Origin: a candidate division FCPU426 bacterium
GTDB taxonomy: Bacteria; Oederibacteriota; Muellerivitia; Muellerivitales; Muellerivitaceae
Length of the DNA: 64,000 bases
Assembly: GCA_963738405.1 (NCBI GenBank)
Contig: CAVTWJ010000022.1
Coordinates: 32,001 to 96,000, forward strand
Reading direction: 5' to 3'
How positions within the stretch are numbered: the stretch's first letter is position 1; each line of letters starts with the position of its first letter. The notes under the pieces are model-generated. The model was not told the origin of the DNA, did no database searches, and saw nothing but the letters and a program-made list of their open reading frames with translations. Of this stretch, positions 62,479 to 64,000 are shown piece by piece. Made by a program: the position numbers and the translations under genes.

Positions 62479-64000
62479 TTGATCAAAAAATTCTATTTTT
62501 TATCAAAAACACAAGACGCATCAATTTCTTACAACCCGTTTTTTTATTTTCTCATCTTCCTTCTTGGCAATACTCTGCTGGCCTATTGCCCCATTGAATT
62601 TTCACTGAAAATTTGGTTGGGAATCATGCTAATCCTTCTTCCCCTTTTCCTGGCCTTTGTTTCCGTACAAGACAAACCACATAAAGAAAAGCCGGTCCCC
62701 GTCGACGAATTCCTGCCAAACCCACCTCTTTTATTCTGGCTGCTTTTAGCTGGGGGCGCATTATTTCTTAGATTTTTCCAATTGGTTGAACTGCCCGCGT
62801 GGCCCATGTGGGATGACGCACTTACCAGTTATTTTTCAATTCACTTGATGGAACATTGGCATTGGCAGCTTTGGTTCACTGCCGAAACTCTTCCCCCTTT
62901 TGTTTTTTGGATGCAGGCTTTGTTTTTAAAAATATGCCCGCCTTCACTGTTTTCGATATGGTTGTTATCGGCCCTGCAGTCCTCTTTGGTACTACCCATA
63001 AGTTATTGGGCCCTTCGACAATTTCTCTCTAAATCCCTTTCCATATTATATTTAGTCATTTTGGCCTTCGGTTTTTGGACCCTCTATCTCGGCAGATTTT
63101 GGTATGAACTCCAATCCATCATCCTTTGGCAGTTTCTAGCAATCGGTTTCTGGGGTCGTTATTTAAGGTCCCATGAATCAGGCCAAGTAAACAAATCGGT
63201 GTTTTATCTGGGTATCTGCCTTGGTTTAGGCCCTTACACTTCGATTTTAACCTCCCCCCTCATTTGTGTTATCTGGCTTGGGGTGCTTTTGAACTGTTGG
63301 AAGAGAAAAACAGAGGGCGCAAAAACATTTTTTGTTTTCTTGATCACGCTTATGGCCACATTAACACCCTTATTTCAGCAAATTTGTTCCAATCTTTTAA
63401 ACGGACATGTTTTCAAATACTCCGTCTTAAGTCGCGCCGCCTCCATTCCCGAACAACTACAATGTTCCCTTTCGTATTTGACAGTTTTTCTTTGGGGAAC
63501 GCTCAATAAGTCTTATTTCAATTTTGGTCCGTTATGGGGCGGCTACTTGAATCCCTTGTTAGGATCAACACTTTTGATTGGGCTTGTCGAATTATTTCAA
63601 ATGAATCGAAAGAATTTTTGTTGGTTTTTGGGCGCTTTAACAATTTGTGTTTTGCCGGGAATCTTTTCCAATACACTGGAAATGATCCGCGTTATTTCAG
63701 TTCTTCCACTATCCATTTTTCTAATCGTTTTAGGCTTGCGAAAGCTTTTCCTTTCCGCACATACAAGTCAAAAAATGTTAATTCTTGTTCTCTTGTTGTT
63801 TTTTTCACTTTCACTTGATGTCTATCACTTGTGGGGGCCTTGCCACCAATGGGCGGTACCGAACAAAGATTCGGGCGGTTCCAAGTCACCCGAACATTAC
63901 CAAGCCTTCCAAATCCTCGAGAAACTCCACCAGATAAAGGGTCCGGGACTTGTTTTGAGCGATTTTTATTACGACGTGTTCGATCAAAGCCTTTTCGTGA
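62479..64000 (+). CDS. Polytopic GT-C (ArnT/PMT-like) glycosyltransferase, truncated by the window edge
   Basis: Not in the ORF track because it has no stop. Frame 1 is open from TTG 62479; LRFFQL..LPAWPMWDDA loop motif, PP motif and many TM segments. Confidence 0.7.
   Translation, partial: MIKKFYFLSKTQDASISYNPFFYFLIFLLGNTLLAYCPIEFSLKIWLGIMLILLPLFLAFVSVQDKPHKEKPVPVDEFLPNPPLLFWLLLAGGALFLRFFQLVELPAWPMWDDALTSYFSIHLMEHWHWQLWFTAETLPPFVFWMQALFLKICPPSLFSIWLLSALQSSLVLPISYWALRQFLSKSLSILYLVILAFGFWTLYLGRFWYELQSIILWQFLAIGFWGRYLRSHESGQVNKSVFYLGICLGLGPYTSILTSPLICVIWLGVLLNCWKRKTEGAKTFFVFLITLMATLTPLFQQICSNLLNGHVFKYSVLSRAASIPEQLQCSLSYLTVFLWGTLNKSYFNFGPLWGGYLNPLLGSTLLIGLVELFQMNRKNFCWFLGALTICVLPGIFSNTLEMIRVISVLPLSIFLIVLGLRKLFLSAHTSQKMLILVLLLFFSLSLDVYHLWGPCHQWAVPNKDSGGSKSPEHYQAFQILEKLHQIKGPGLVLSDFYYDVFDQSLFV

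Overview
Chromosomal window from a diderm bacterium using the standard genetic code. The Thr/Pro-linker proteins with FlgD/T9SS-like C-termini tentatively suggest an uncultured FCPU426-like lineage; this is unverified. Layout: (1) 1-16.9 kb, a surface-polysaccharide cluster (GT2/GT4, pyruvyltransferase, Wzy/WaaL-like, FAD oxidoreductase, FkbM), interrupted at 11.1-13.5 kb by a composite repeat array, a DUF5674 pair and a DUF1778/GNAT toxin-antitoxin (TA) pair. (2) 17-24 kb, an accessory island with a ParB-HTH-transmembrane fusion protein, an IS200/IS605-type mini-element and many TA-like genes. (3) 24-33 kb, two paralogous giant secreted Thr/Pro-linker proteins, one frameshifted. (4) 33.6-53 kb, WecA, beta-barrels, queCE, a GH-A hydrolase, a cold-shock protein, cobO, an S53 protease, a pilin, DedA and a dienelactone hydrolase. 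(5) 53.4-61.4 kb, the pyrR-pyrB-pyrC-carA-orf-carB operon with promoter and PyrR attenuator. (6) A methyltransferase and a GT-C-like gene running off the right edge. Most interesting: a family of small nested palindromic elements that insert into REP-like repeats and in frame into proteins (GNAT toxin, ParB fusion, QueC); the membrane-spanning ParB; and modular surface proteins sharing an unrecognised Cys-bracketed domain and a C-terminal domain. No tRNA, rRNA, CRISPR or transposase was recognised.
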